The notes: generated by a model not told the origin, from the sequence alone. 52,604 bases of DNA from Acidimicrobiaceae bacterium (GCA_003141815.1 PLNQ01000023.1:1-52604), one strand, 5' to 3'. Shown: positions 1 through 8,342, counted from the stretch's first letter. Program-made: numbers and translations.

Positions 1-8
1 GGACATTG

Positions 9-32
9 TTGGTGTCGGAGACGGGACTTGAA
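9..32. repeat. att core copy (displaced 3' end of tRNA-Leu)
   Basis: TTGGTGTCGGAGACGGGACTTGAA is identical to 8246-8269 (T-loop to CCA of the tRNA). Confidence 0.95.
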
Positions 33-38
33 GTCGCC

Positions 39-60
39 AAAACGGGAGATTTCCCGTTTT
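39..60. repeat. Element-end inverted repeat, self-palindromic (arm site or bidirectional terminator)
   Basis: 39-57 AAAACGGGAGATTTCCCGT is the exact reverse complement of 8227-8245; also folds as AAAACGGGA/TCCCGTTTT. Confidence 0.8.
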
Positions 61-225
61 GACTTCTCTGAACGGTCACTGAACTCCCATCACTCGAATA
101 TGGTTCGCTACGCACCGTGCGATGACGAATGCGTCTTGCACGATAGTACGCACCTCTACGTCACCGCTCTCTTGGGTTGCGTGGGTGTCTCGCATCGAAA
201 CATGTGGCGCACGACTGGATTACTG

Positions 226-903
226 CTAGTGAGAGTTGCTGATGATGACGTGGATGACCTGAACAAGAAGAAACGCTGCGATTAGGACGCCGAGGATTGA
301 AACGCCGACTAAGGCTGCAGTGCTCATCCCGCGCCTCGCATCTTCGGGAGCGTATGGCAAGTCAGGGTCTGAGGGCTGACCGGCTTCTGCTATTACTCGC
401 GGGGTGGCCGTGAGAAACGGCTTGATGTAAAACCAGGCAATGACGAGGCCCGCGAGCGCAGAGATAAGGAGCCCGACAGCGCCCCCGGACCTGACGTTGT
501 CGGCGGACGAGAACCCGAGCGCCTTAGGGGATTGGCCGATGCCCTGCCAGAAGATGCTTGCGGAGATTACCAGCAGCGAGATGAACGACATCCACGCGAG
601 GAATCGACTCGGGCGCACGGCGGATACGACGCTTACTCCGAGGAGAATCACTCCGAAGACCAGGGTTGGCCAAGCTCCGAGATTGAAGCCCGAGAAGAGT
701 GCGGGGTGGCTTGCCTGGCTGAGGCCGATGAATGACCGACCGGAAATCACTCCTTTCACCGGAACTACTTGGACCCACACGAGGTAGAAGAAGCCGATGA
801 TGAGAAACCCAGCGATGCCGATAAGGAAGGCCGCTCGAGTGAGTCGATTCGTCCGTGCCACCTCCTTTGGCGGAAAATCAGATGAACCCCAGACAGACGT
901 CAC
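226..903 (-). CDS. Multi-pass membrane protein, unknown function (element cargo)
   Basis: 225-aa ORF with about 5 hydrophobic segments. Confidence 0.7.
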   Translation of the reverse strand: MTSVWGSSDFPPKEVARTNRLTRAAFLIGIAGFLIIGFFYLVWVQVVPVKGVISGRSFIGLSQASHPALFSGFNLGAWPTLVFGVILLGVSVVSAVRPSRFLAWMSFISLLVISASIFWQGIGQSPKALGFSSADNVRSGGAVGLLISALAGLVIAWFYIKPFLTATPRVIAEAGQPSDPDLPYAPEDARRGMSTAALVGVSILGVLIAAFLLVQVIHVIISNSH

Positions 904-1129
904 GGCGTAATCATAAGCAGGAGACTGCGGAACTCCGGTCCCACTCCAGCATCAACGGAGTGAAGTATGAAGTGCCAAGCGCAGGGAAGTGGCGTTCCTC
1001 GGACACATTGACCATTACGCAAGACGACACTTGCCCGCGAGCCGCGCGCCCTAACGGTCTTACTCCTACAACCCAGGAGAGAGACCGATGGAACCAACTA
1101 CAGCACGAACCGACTTCGGGACCGCTCGC

Positions 1130-1214
1130 GGGACGCGAAGCGAAGCGAAAGCGTCCCCGGCGAAAGCGGGCACCGAGGTCGATTCGAGAGCCGCCAACGG
1201 CGGCTCTCTCGGTA
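1130..1214 (+). other. Putative double-strand origin of rolling-circle replication
   Basis: Hairpins GGGACGC..GCGTCCC (1130-1157, GCGAA repeats inside) and GAGAGCCGCC-AAC-GGCGGCTCTC (1186-1208), then CTCGGTA, directly before rep. Confidence 0.45.
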
Positions 1215-1218
1215 CTTC

Positions 1219-2493
1219 GTGAACAGAGTTTCACCCACGAGCAAAACGGCGGTGTCCGTGTGGAGCGAAAAAGGTCAGGAACGTCGCACCGACCTGATGG
1301 CCTTGCGCCTTGCGGCACAGAAGTTACCCCACTCCGACGAAGGCGGGGTCATCGGTTCTGTCGCGTTGCCGCGCGCGATTACTTCGCTACGAGAGTGTGG
1401 TCGTAAGGTTCTCGGACCAGCAGCCCTAGTGACCTATGACGCCGCCACGGGCAAGGCGGGTACTCGCGGGATTGCCACTTGCGGACGAGCGCTCGTCTGC
1501 GCGATGTGCGGCGCGAAAGTGAGAGAAGAACGTCGTAGGCACTTGTTGGAACTCATCCGCGCGGCCCAGGCCGACGATGTTGGCGTCTATTTTGTGACAC
1601 TTACACTCCGTCACTACCGCGGTATGAGCCTCGAAGACTCTTTAGGGGTCATTCGCTCCGCGTGGCGACAGTTGGCCTCAGGCAAAGCGTGGCAATCCCG
1701 AAAAGATAAGTACGGCCTGGCTATGGTCGGGGTCGTTGAGATAACTGATAACGCTGACGGCAACGGCTGGCACCCCCACCAACACCTGTGCATTTTTCAA
1801 TCTTGCCGACCAGTCAAACGCGAACTCGGTGAATGGGTTCAGGCAAACGACGAGCGAGCCCCAAAGTGGAGTGCTGAGGAAGAGGCCGAGTTCATCATCT
1901 GGCTTCGCCAGAGATGGCTGAACATCATCGTTAAAGCCGGAATGCCCGCTGCTCTACCGCAGCACGCCTTCGACTGGCGTGAGGCCTATGGACCCGAGGA
2001 TGCACGACTGCTATCGACTTACCTCGCCAAAGACCAGGGTGCCGCTGTCGCCGCGGCTCGTATGCGTGCGGGCAGACTCTCGGCAGAGATGCTGCGGGGT
2101 GACCTGAAAACCAAGCTCCGAAGTGAAAATACAACCCGACCCGTGTTTGAGTTGCTCGCCAGTGCGGCGAACGGTGACGCGGTGGCGTGGCAAAGATGGT
2201 GGGAATACGAGGCCGCAGTGCGCGGTCTGCGGTTCTGGCGCGTCAGTCACGGATTGTCGGCTGCGTTAGGTGTTGTCGATGACTCGCGAACAGACGAGCA
2301 GATAGTAAGCGAGAAAAATGCTCACGGTGTGACGGTTATCAAGGTACACAGACGAGACTGGTGGAACCTAGCGACAAGAGGAGAAGTTCCTATGCTGCTG
2401 AAACTCGTCGAAACCTCAGGCGTGGCCGAGGCCGTTACGTGGTTGCACAGTGTCGGATTGCGTGCGGAACGCATAGATGACCCGGATGGGTAG
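1219..2493 (+). CDS. rep: Rolling-circle replication initiator (HUH, Rep_1/pIJ101-like); start codon uncertain
   Basis: Cys cluster CGRALVCAMC, motif I FVTLTLRH, motif II GWHPHQH, motif III STYLAK, downstream WWEYE motif. Confidence 0.9.
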   Translation: MNRVSPTSKTAVSVWSEKGQERRTDLMALRLAAQKLPHSDEGGVIGSVALPRAITSLRECGRKVLGPAALVTYDAATGKAGTRGIATCGRALVCAMCGAKVREERRRHLLELIRAAQADDVGVYFVTLTLRHYRGMSLEDSLGVIRSAWRQLASGKAWQSRKDKYGLAMVGVVEITDNADGNGWHPHQHLCIFQSCRPVKRELGEWVQANDERAPKWSAEEEAEFIIWLRQRWLNIIVKAGMPAALPQHAFDWREAYGPEDARLLSTYLAKDQGAAVAAARMRAGRLSAEMLRGDLKTKLRSENTTRPVFELLASAANGDAVAWQRWWEYEAAVRGLRFWRVSHGLSAALGVVDDSRTDEQIVSEKNAHGVTVIKVHRRDWWNLATRGEVPMLLKLVETSGVAEAVTWLHSVGLRAERIDDPDG

Positions 2494-2531
2494 TCACCAT
2501 TGGGTCGCTCGTCGTTTGCGTCGATGAATGT

Positions 2532-2762
2532 TTAGTTTGGTCGCTCTTTAGGAGAATCCTTCGGCAGCGGCCCACGAACAGAATGGTCCGGGTGCAACGT
2601 CTCTTCAAATTCGCAGTATCGCTCTCGCGCCGTTGCGTCGATTGAGAATGCGTTTCCACAAACCGGACAGTTCCCAGCGCGCCAAGCATCTGCCTCGAGT
2701 CGATTCCGAGAACGGTCCTCTCCCATTTTGGTTAGCCTCCCGTTTCTGTTTACCCACCCCAA
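2532..2762 (-). CDS. Small hypothetical protein with CxxC
   Basis: 76-aa ORF with CPVC..C..H; fills the gap between rep and the next gene. Confidence 0.35.
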   Translation of the reverse strand: MGWVNRNGRLTKMGEDRSRNRLEADAWRAGNCPVCGNAFSIDATARERYCEFEETLHPDHSVRGPLPKDSPKERPN

Positions 2763-2828
2763 ACTAGAGCACCAGTGTGCCGTTCACCGGCCTTCACGAA
2801 GCGGCCTAACGAACAGATGCGTTAGGAA

Positions 2829-3344
2829 TCAAGGCGATTGCATTAGATGTGGATCTGGATCTGCCTCAAATGGGATAGTGCGGCGGACAAGTTCTGAAGC
2901 GATAGCGACGAGTACGGCGAAAGCCAAGAGAGTCCAGAAGATGTGAAGTCGTCCCTGCTCGGAGTTGTAGCACACCGCAGTCGCGCTGACGAGAACTGCG
3001 CTGCTGTCTCCATACCACCTTGTCTCGGGACTCGATGCGCCCGTTAAGGCGGCGTAGGTAGTCCCGTCGTGTTGTGCACCGGTCTTTTCGACCCAACGGT
3101 CCCATACGGTCGAGCAGGCAAAAACTATGGGTTCTGACTTACCGGGCTTTGTTGTCGAGTCAATAGAAAGACCAAAGCCAGAACCGCAGAGATTGGTTGA
3201 ACTTGGTACGCAGGGCAGGGTCAAATCGGGCGTCACCTGCATCTTTTCGGTGGCGCTGGTGCCAAAGAAGGCAAACCAAGCCGCACCTATCAAAAGTGCT
3301 GCGGAAATCACCCACAGGGCTTTCACGGCGTCGTATGTGACCAC
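2829..3344 (-). CDS. Membrane protein with Cys-containing extracellular loop
   Basis: N- and C-terminal TM segments, 4 Cys between them; TAAGGT -10 box 6 nt upstream of the GTG. Confidence 0.7.
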   Translation of the reverse strand: MVTYDAVKALWVISAALLIGAAWFAFFGTSATEKMQVTPDLTLPCVPSSTNLCGSGFGLSIDSTTKPGKSEPIVFACSTVWDRWVEKTGAQHDGTTYAALTGASSPETRWYGDSSAVLVSATAVCYNSEQGRLHIFWTLLAFAVLVAIASELVRRTIPFEADPDPHLMQSP

Positions 3345-3401
3345 TGCGCAACCTTACTGAGGTCGGTTCAGTAAATCACGAACCGGCTGTTCCAGTGATT
3401 C

Positions 3402-3956
3402 TTAAACCGCCGTTGGCTTTTTGAGCCACCACCACGCACCGAGAAACACCCAGTCGAGTGACTGCATCCCTTCACAGAAGTCGTGAAACGCTAACGGGTC
3501 CCACGTGACGCCGAGTTCTCGAAGATGCGGAGCAACCACGAAGCCGAACACCGCAGCGACCAAGAGTGTCGGTCGCCGGTGGACTCTAGGACGTGTACGT
3601 ACTGAATACTGAACAGTTGAAGTGGTACGTGCGGTTGGCGAAGACGTTGCGTACGAGGTCGGGCGCGCTGTAGGTCGAGACGTTGCGTACGAGGTCGCAC
3701 GTTGAGCAGCTGCAACTCGCCGCGCCTCCTCCTCGTAGAACTCGCGTGCTACTTCGACTAAAAGCGTCTCCGCTGCCGCCTGCACCTCTCGAAAAGCTTT
3801 CGCGCTTCCGCCGTGGTCGGGGTGCGTCTCGCGCGCTCGAATGCGCCACGCCTTCTTTATCTCGTCGGGCGAAGCAAATACACGAAGGCCAAGCGTCCGA
3901 TGCGCTCGTTCGATGGTATCGGGGGACGTCTCCACACACCCAATGGTGACGCCCAC
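3402..3956 (-). CDS. J-domain (DnaJ type III) protein with C-terminal membrane segment
   Basis: LGL..ASPDEIKKAWR..ETHPDHGG..AFREVQAA with HPD motif, Ser/Thr-rich linker, hydrophobic tail. Confidence 0.85.
   Translation of the reverse strand: MGVTIGCVETSPDTIERAHRTLGLRVFASPDEIKKAWRIRARETHPDHGGSAKAFREVQAAAETLLVEVAREFYEEEARRVAAAQRATSYATSRPTARPTSYATSSPTARTTSTVQYSVRTRPRVHRRPTLLVAAVFGFVVAPHLRELGVTWDPLAFHDFCEGMQSLDWVFLGAWWWLKKPTAV
3642..3697. repeat. Intragenic direct repeat (2 x 20 bp, 36-bp period)
   Basis: AGACGTTGCGTACGAGGTCG at 3642-3661 and 3678-3697; encodes TSYATS twice. Confidence 0.85.
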
Positions 3957-4012
3957 CTGTCACATAGAACGGGTCACTAGGCTCGGCAATCAACCGAAAG
4001 GACTTAGTAATC

Positions 4013-4546
4013 GTGAAGGTGGTACGTCGAAGTTTCCTCGTGGCGTTTTCTTCTTTAGTCGTAGCCGCAACGACCGTGGCCATAAGTAGCGTTGGCGCGA
4101 CGACGGTTCGCACTTACCCATTGGGTAACGCCAAGTTGTGCAATATTGGCTACGTCAAACGAACAGAACGCCATATGGTCAATGGAGCCGAGGTCCGATA
4201 CATAGCGTGCGTGTTTACGACACAGGGTTATCATCTTTCAGTTTCGATTGGCGACCTTGACAGTCAGGGTGACTACCTAGCCGGTGACCGAATCGTGGTT
4301 TCAGTCACGGCATATTTCGGGACCAGGCGAGTTACGACAGGCGCGTACAACGTCGATACGACCGCTCCGACGGAGAACGCTGGATTCTGCGGCATAGGTA
4401 TTTTTGGCCCTGGCGCGTCACCGGTCGGCCGGTGCGAACTGATTTTCTCCCAGCCAGGTGAGTTCACCGTAACGGAGAGTTACGGATACGGCTCTTACGC
4501 CAATCTCGCAAAAGCTTCTCAGGTCGTCACGATTTACTCTCAGTAG
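4013..4546 (+). CDS. Secreted beta-rich protein, unknown function
   Basis: Signal peptide (RRSFL + hydrophobic stretch), 4 Cys, beta-strand pattern. Confidence 0.7.
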   Translation: MKVVRRSFLVAFSSLVVAATTVAISSVGATTVRTYPLGNAKLCNIGYVKRTERHMVNGAEVRYIACVFTTQGYHLSVSIGDLDSQGDYLAGDRIVVSVTAYFGTRRVTTGAYNVDTTAPTENAGFCGIGIFGPGASPVGRCELIFSQPGEFTVTESYGYGSYANLAKASQVVTIYSQ

Positions 4547-4653
4547 CGAGCCCGTATTACGGCCCGCCCCCTTGCGTAGACGCGAGAGCCGCCGACAGTC
4601 CTGAGTGCCGATGCGCAAGTTGCTCGCCGGTGCTGACTCAGGAGACAGTAATA

Positions 4654-4980
4654 ATGAGAAATCTTCCAGTAGATGTAACGGTCCTAAAAGTGATTGCCAC
4701 GGGCGTAGAGCCTGTAGCAGTAAGCAAGTACGCCGATGGCGTTCGACAAGAGGCGACTGAAACTGACGACAAAGGTCGTCCTCTCGTTCGGGTGTCGTTG
4801 TTCGTGCTCACCGCTGAGGGCGCTGAAGAAATCCGTGTGAAGGTTCCGGCGACAAACGTGCCAAAAGAACTCACCCCACTTTCCGCCGTAACGTTGTCGG
4901 GACTGGTTGCCGCTCCCTACGTGAACAACAACCGGGTTGCCGTCTCGTATCGCGCCGAGAGCGTCACGGTGACGAAGTGA
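4654..4980 (+). CDS. SCO3933-like / ssDNA-binding-like AICE protein
   Basis: AGGAG RBS at 4640; pattern TDDKGRPL..V..EEIRVKVP..VTLSGLVAAPY..VSYRAESV typical of the gene upstream of traB in actinomycete elements. Confidence 0.75.
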   Translation: MRNLPVDVTVLKVIATGVEPVAVSKYADGVRQEATETDDKGRPLVRVSLFVLTAEGAEEIRVKVPATNVPKELTPLSAVTLSGLVAAPYVNNNRVAVSYRAESVTVTK

Positions 4981-5288
4981 GCGAGCGACACTATCTGGTC
5001 CTCACGGAACATCTCGTGCGGTGCCTCGCTGACCTCTTGGCCGAGGCTTCCCAGACCGCGAGCGAGGGAGACCAGTTCGGCTCGCCGGGTTTTCGTAAAC
5101 GCGCGAATGGGCTAAGAGGCGCGACGTTGATATTCGCCGACAGCCTGCCCGCGTCCGTGGCGCTGACGGTAGCCGACGAAGTGCGAACTTGGTGCGGCAC
5201 GATAGACGCTGACGATGCTCGGAGTGTCGGACTGCGGTCACTGCTGCGCCATCTGGACCCGAGCGGTTCGCCAAAGATTTCGTCGTGA
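4977..5288 (+). CDS. Hypothetical protein
   Basis: GTGA overlaps with both neighbours (translational coupling). Confidence 0.65.
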   Translation: MSERHYLVLTEHLVRCLADLLAEASQTASEGDQFGSPGFRKRANGLRGATLIFADSLPASVALTVADEVRTWCGTIDADDARSVGLRSLLRHLDPSGSPKISS

Positions 5289-6583
5289 CTCCTGTCGCGC
5301 ACCGTCCAGAAGCTCACGAAGTCTGGACCTATCGGTTCTCCATCTTGATTGGCACTGGTGTGATTTCACTGCTCGTCGGTGCAGCGACTTCATCGCTGGT
5401 CCGGGTAGTCGCGCCGTGGGACCTCTCGTTCTGGCCTTTTCTGCTCTCCGCCTTCGCCTCATTCGGCTCTCTGGCTACGCCACGCGGTGCGACACTCTGG
5501 CACGAGGCCGAACGACGTGACGAGGTAGCGAGCCTCGCACGTTGCTTGGTAGCCCACGGGTGGGACTGCGGACTACGAGCGGAGGACCGCAGCCTCGTCG
5601 TGTTGAACCTGACGATTTCGACGGGCGGTTTCTGCGCCGTCGTGAAAGTACCGCGCGGATTGACGACCGACCACGTAAAGAAAGCCGAAACTTCTTTGGC
5701 CGCCAGTTTTGAGGCTCTGTCGTGCCGAGTGACGCCAAGCAATCGTGCCGACTTGTGTGAAGTCCGCGTCTTATTCTCCGACCCGCTCGGCGCGGTTGAG
5801 TGGCGCGACACTCCTGGCCGTATCGGAGAGACACACGACGGTCCCGCGATTTGGCTCCCAGAACACGGCAACGCGGTCCACCTTTTGGTCGCAGGCCCGA
5901 CTGGTTGCGGAAAGACCTCCGCGACACTAGGACTGGTGGCAACGCTCTGCAACGACAAATCGGCACGTTTTGCGTTCGTGGATACGAAACGCACCGGATT
6001 CTCTCAGTTCAGAGGAGGTTCACGAGTGGATGCAGTAGCGACCGACCACGTCGAAGCGCTTGCACTTCTTGAAACTATCCACTCGGAAATGTTGCGACGG
6101 TTTCAGCTCTTGGAAACTCGCCGCGCCGCGAGCCGTCACGACCTGCCGCCCGATGTTCGTTTCGGTCCGCTCTACCTCGTTGTTGATGAGGTGGCGAGTT
6201 TGCTGGCAGAGGACCTGCCTGGCGAGGACGCAAAGAGTGCGAAGGAGCGCGTGCGCAGTTCACGGGCGATACTCGCCAACATCGCCCGATTGTCACGGCA
6301 GGTGTCTATCTTCCTGGTTCTCTCGATGCAGCGCCCCGACGTTTCTCTGTTGGGCTCGTCGGGAGAAATGCGAGACAACATCACTTCGAGACTTGGATTC
6401 TCTCTGAGTTCATCGGGTAGAGAAATGCTCTTCGGTCCCGAGTGGCGCTCGTTGGAGATGAGTGGGCGACCTGGACACGGTCATTTTCAGGGCCAAGCGA
6501 TAGACCCACTGACGCCAGTGCCGGTCGCCGTTCCAGTTTTGGAACTCTGGCGGGTCCGTCAGGCTCTCGGCGTGCGCGAATAG
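5285..6583 (+). CDS. FtsK/SpoIIIE-family DNA translocase (TraB-like)
   Basis: Two N-terminal TM helices, Walker A GPTGCGKT, Walker B YLVVDE, QRPD motif. Confidence 0.9.
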   Translation: MTPVAHRPEAHEVWTYRFSILIGTGVISLLVGAATSSLVRVVAPWDLSFWPFLLSAFASFGSLATPRGATLWHEAERRDEVASLARCLVAHGWDCGLRAEDRSLVVLNLTISTGGFCAVVKVPRGLTTDHVKKAETSLAASFEALSCRVTPSNRADLCEVRVLFSDPLGAVEWRDTPGRIGETHDGPAIWLPEHGNAVHLLVAGPTGCGKTSATLGLVATLCNDKSARFAFVDTKRTGFSQFRGGSRVDAVATDHVEALALLETIHSEMLRRFQLLETRRAASRHDLPPDVRFGPLYLVVDEVASLLAEDLPGEDAKSAKERVRSSRAILANIARLSRQVSIFLVLSMQRPDVSLLGSSGEMRDNITSRLGFSLSSSGREMLFGPEWRSLEMSGRPGHGHFQGQAIDPLTPVPVAVPVLELWRVRQALGVRE

Positions 6584-6619
6584 AACTACCGCGCTCGCTG
6601 CTCTTTCATACTTCGCAAC

Positions 6620-7648
6620 TCAGGACGACGCGAGGGGATGCGGTTCTCCGGTGTAAATAGCGACCGCGCGGGCCACTTCGTTGAGGTTCGCTTTGATGTA
6701 CGTGGTCGTCACTTCATCTCCACCCGAGTGTCCAGCAAATGCTCTGGCTACGCCATAACCCGCAATCCGCTCAATCGAACTCGTGGCATGGTGACGACAC
6801 CAGTGGATACTGACGCCAAGTTCTTGCACCCACGGTATCGACTTACCCCACCGACCAACGAGCGTGTTGTAACGACGCCGCGTGATTGGAATACCGGCAC
6901 TACCAACCTGCCTCGGTCGATGGCGAAACACGGCGTCCTGGGCAGTCAGCGCCCCGCGAGCGTCACAGTGCTCGAACAATGCGTCGAGCAGGGTCTTGGA
7001 GACAGGTTGCCATCGCAGCTTTTCGTTCTTCTCCCGCAGTCGAATGCACTGACGTGCCACGTTCAGGTCCCGGCGTCGAAGCGCCAGCGCACCGCCCCGT
7101 CGCGCCCCTGTTTCAAGGTGAAAACGTAGTAACAGCGTGTCAAGTACGGGGTCGTCACCCCCGGTCGAAGTGACGTTGTAAAGGGTCACAACCTCTTCGT
7201 CAGAAAAGGCACGTCGGTCCGAAGGTTGGCGAGTGGGCTTCTTCAACGCCGCCGCAGGACTTCTCTCAATGAGACAGTCAGCCTCCGCCAGAGCGAAGAA
7301 ACACCGCATCGCTGAGACGCAACTCTCCTGGGCTGACGTTCCGTTTCGGCTGTTGGAACGCTGTACCGCGTGTGTCTTCGCGTACAGCGACAACGTTTGA
7401 AGCATCGAAGTCTTTATGTCTGAGAGAGGCACGTTCCCGTGCTGGTCCGCGAGAAGACGCCAGTATGTGGCGTAGGTCTGCTTCTTGCCGTCCGTGGCCG
7501 CGTCTCTCACTTTTGGAAGGTACTCAGCCACCGTCATCTGTGGTCGGCTGACGGTACGACCCGCAGTCACGAGGTCTTCGATGCTCAGACCCATCGCGCT
7601 AAGTGCCTCTAGCATCTTGCGTGCTGCATCGGGATTTGTATTGGTCAT
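6620..7648 (-). CDS. int: Tyrosine recombinase / integrase
   Basis: ETGARRG (R), REK (K), HWCRH (HxxR), AGH (H), TTTYI (Y). Confidence 0.93.
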   Translation of the reverse strand: MTNTNPDAARKMLEALSAMGLSIEDLVTAGRTVSRPQMTVAEYLPKVRDAATDGKKQTYATYWRLLADQHGNVPLSDIKTSMLQTLSLYAKTHAVQRSNSRNGTSAQESCVSAMRCFFALAEADCLIERSPAAALKKPTRQPSDRRAFSDEEVVTLYNVTSTGGDDPVLDTLLLRFHLETGARRGGALALRRRDLNVARQCIRLREKNEKLRWQPVSKTLLDALFEHCDARGALTAQDAVFRHRPRQVGSAGIPITRRRYNTLVGRWGKSIPWVQELGVSIHWCRHHATSSIERIAGYGVARAFAGHSGGDEVTTTYIKANLNEVARAVAIYTGEPHPLASS

Positions 7649-8100
7649 ACTTTCAACACCTCATCGCATCGCCGGGCCGGGCTAACGACCAGGTAGTTTT
7701 CTTTGAGGTCCGCCGAGAGCAATACCCCGTCACCGTCTTCGAGGTGGAGTACCCGCCGTGCAGACTCCCCGAGTGAAAGTCGGCCACGAGCATCGAGGGT
7801 GCCTTCGCCGAACCTGTCCCGACGCACCACCAGTTTTTGCCCGTCGAAGGCGACCACCAACCGCTCACCGGGCTGCCAGCCAAGATGACCGAATAGGAAA
7901 GCATCACGAACTCGCCCGCTACAGTCAATCCGCGCGAAGCCGTGGGTCCAGTTGGTGGTTTCGGGCAGTCGTAGGGGCTGAAGTTGGCTCAAAAGTGTCG
8001 CGGAGGGCAACGAGGGCAGGGCGACGAGCGTCGGACGAAGGGCTGCGACCAATCGCTCCTTCTGTACCGCCACTGCGGTCGTATTTTGTTTGCCACTCAT
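7645..8100 (-). CDS. Double AbrB/MazE/SpoVT-type DNA-binding protein; start uncertain
   Basis: Two repeats, RIDCSGRV..LGWQPGERLVV and TLDARGRLSL..LHLEDGDGVLL; ATGA overlap with int. Confidence 0.75.
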   Translation of the reverse strand: MSGKQNTTAVAVQKERLVAALRPTLVALPSLPSATLLSQLQPLRLPETTNWTHGFARIDCSGRVRDAFLFGHLGWQPGERLVVAFDGQKLVVRRDRFGEGTLDARGRLSLGESARRVLHLEDGDGVLLSADLKENYLVVSPARRCDEVLKV

Positions 8101-8226
8101 AGTGGTTATTGTGTCCGTGAGCGGCTGCAGGACACTCAAAACGGCGTCACTTTCCTGGCTTTGACCAGGTACGTTAGAAGTCTCTAAAAGCGGTTCTGAC
8201 GACTCTTCATCGACGTCAAATCCATC

Positions 8227-8245
8227 ACGGGAAATCTCCCGTTTT
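8227..8245. repeat. Element-end inverted repeat partner
   Basis: ACGGGAAATCTCCCGTTTT, reverse complement of 39-57. Confidence 0.8.
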
Positions 8246-8269
8246 TTGGTGTCGGAGACGGGACTTGAA
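8246..8269. repeat. att core copy within tRNA-Leu
   Basis: Identical to 9-32. Confidence 0.95.
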
Positions 8270-8333
8270 CCCACACGCCCCTAAGGGCACCAGCCCCTCA
8301 AGCTGGCGCGTCTGCCTATTCCGCCACTCCGAC
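8247..8333 (-). tRNA. tRNA-Leu(GAG)
   Basis: GTCGGAGTGGCGGAATAGGCAGACGCG..CCAGC-TT-GAG-GG-GCTGG, long variable arm, GGGTTCAAGTCCC, encoded CCA. Confidence 0.97.
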
Positions 8334-8342
8334 GCGGCCTCT

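Larger units (their letters stand above)
9..8269. mobile_element. Integrative (AICE-like / integrated rolling-circle plasmid) element inserted in tRNA-Leu(GAG)
   Basis: Bounded by an exact 24-bp direct repeat of the tRNA 3' end; encodes tyrosine integrase, HUH Rep, FtsK/TraB and SCO3933-like genes. Confidence 0.93.

Noticed and set aside
28-285. 85-aa ORF sharing KREISR with the ORF at 7645-8274
   Set aside because: The shared peptide is just translation of the DNA inverted repeat; the ORF starts inside the att core and overlaps a better gene.
3642-3697. Possible mini-CRISPR
   Set aside because: Only two 20-bp copies with a 16-bp gap, in frame within a coding linker; no cas genes.
226-6583. 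Filamentous prophage (inovirus) interpretation
   Set aside because: The ATPase is FtsK/TraB-like with N-terminal TMs rather than Zot/pI-like, and no small major coat gene array is evident; not fully excluded.
8101-8274. N-terminal extension of the AbrB ORF
   Set aside because: It starts inside the tRNA gene; the real start is probably near 8100.
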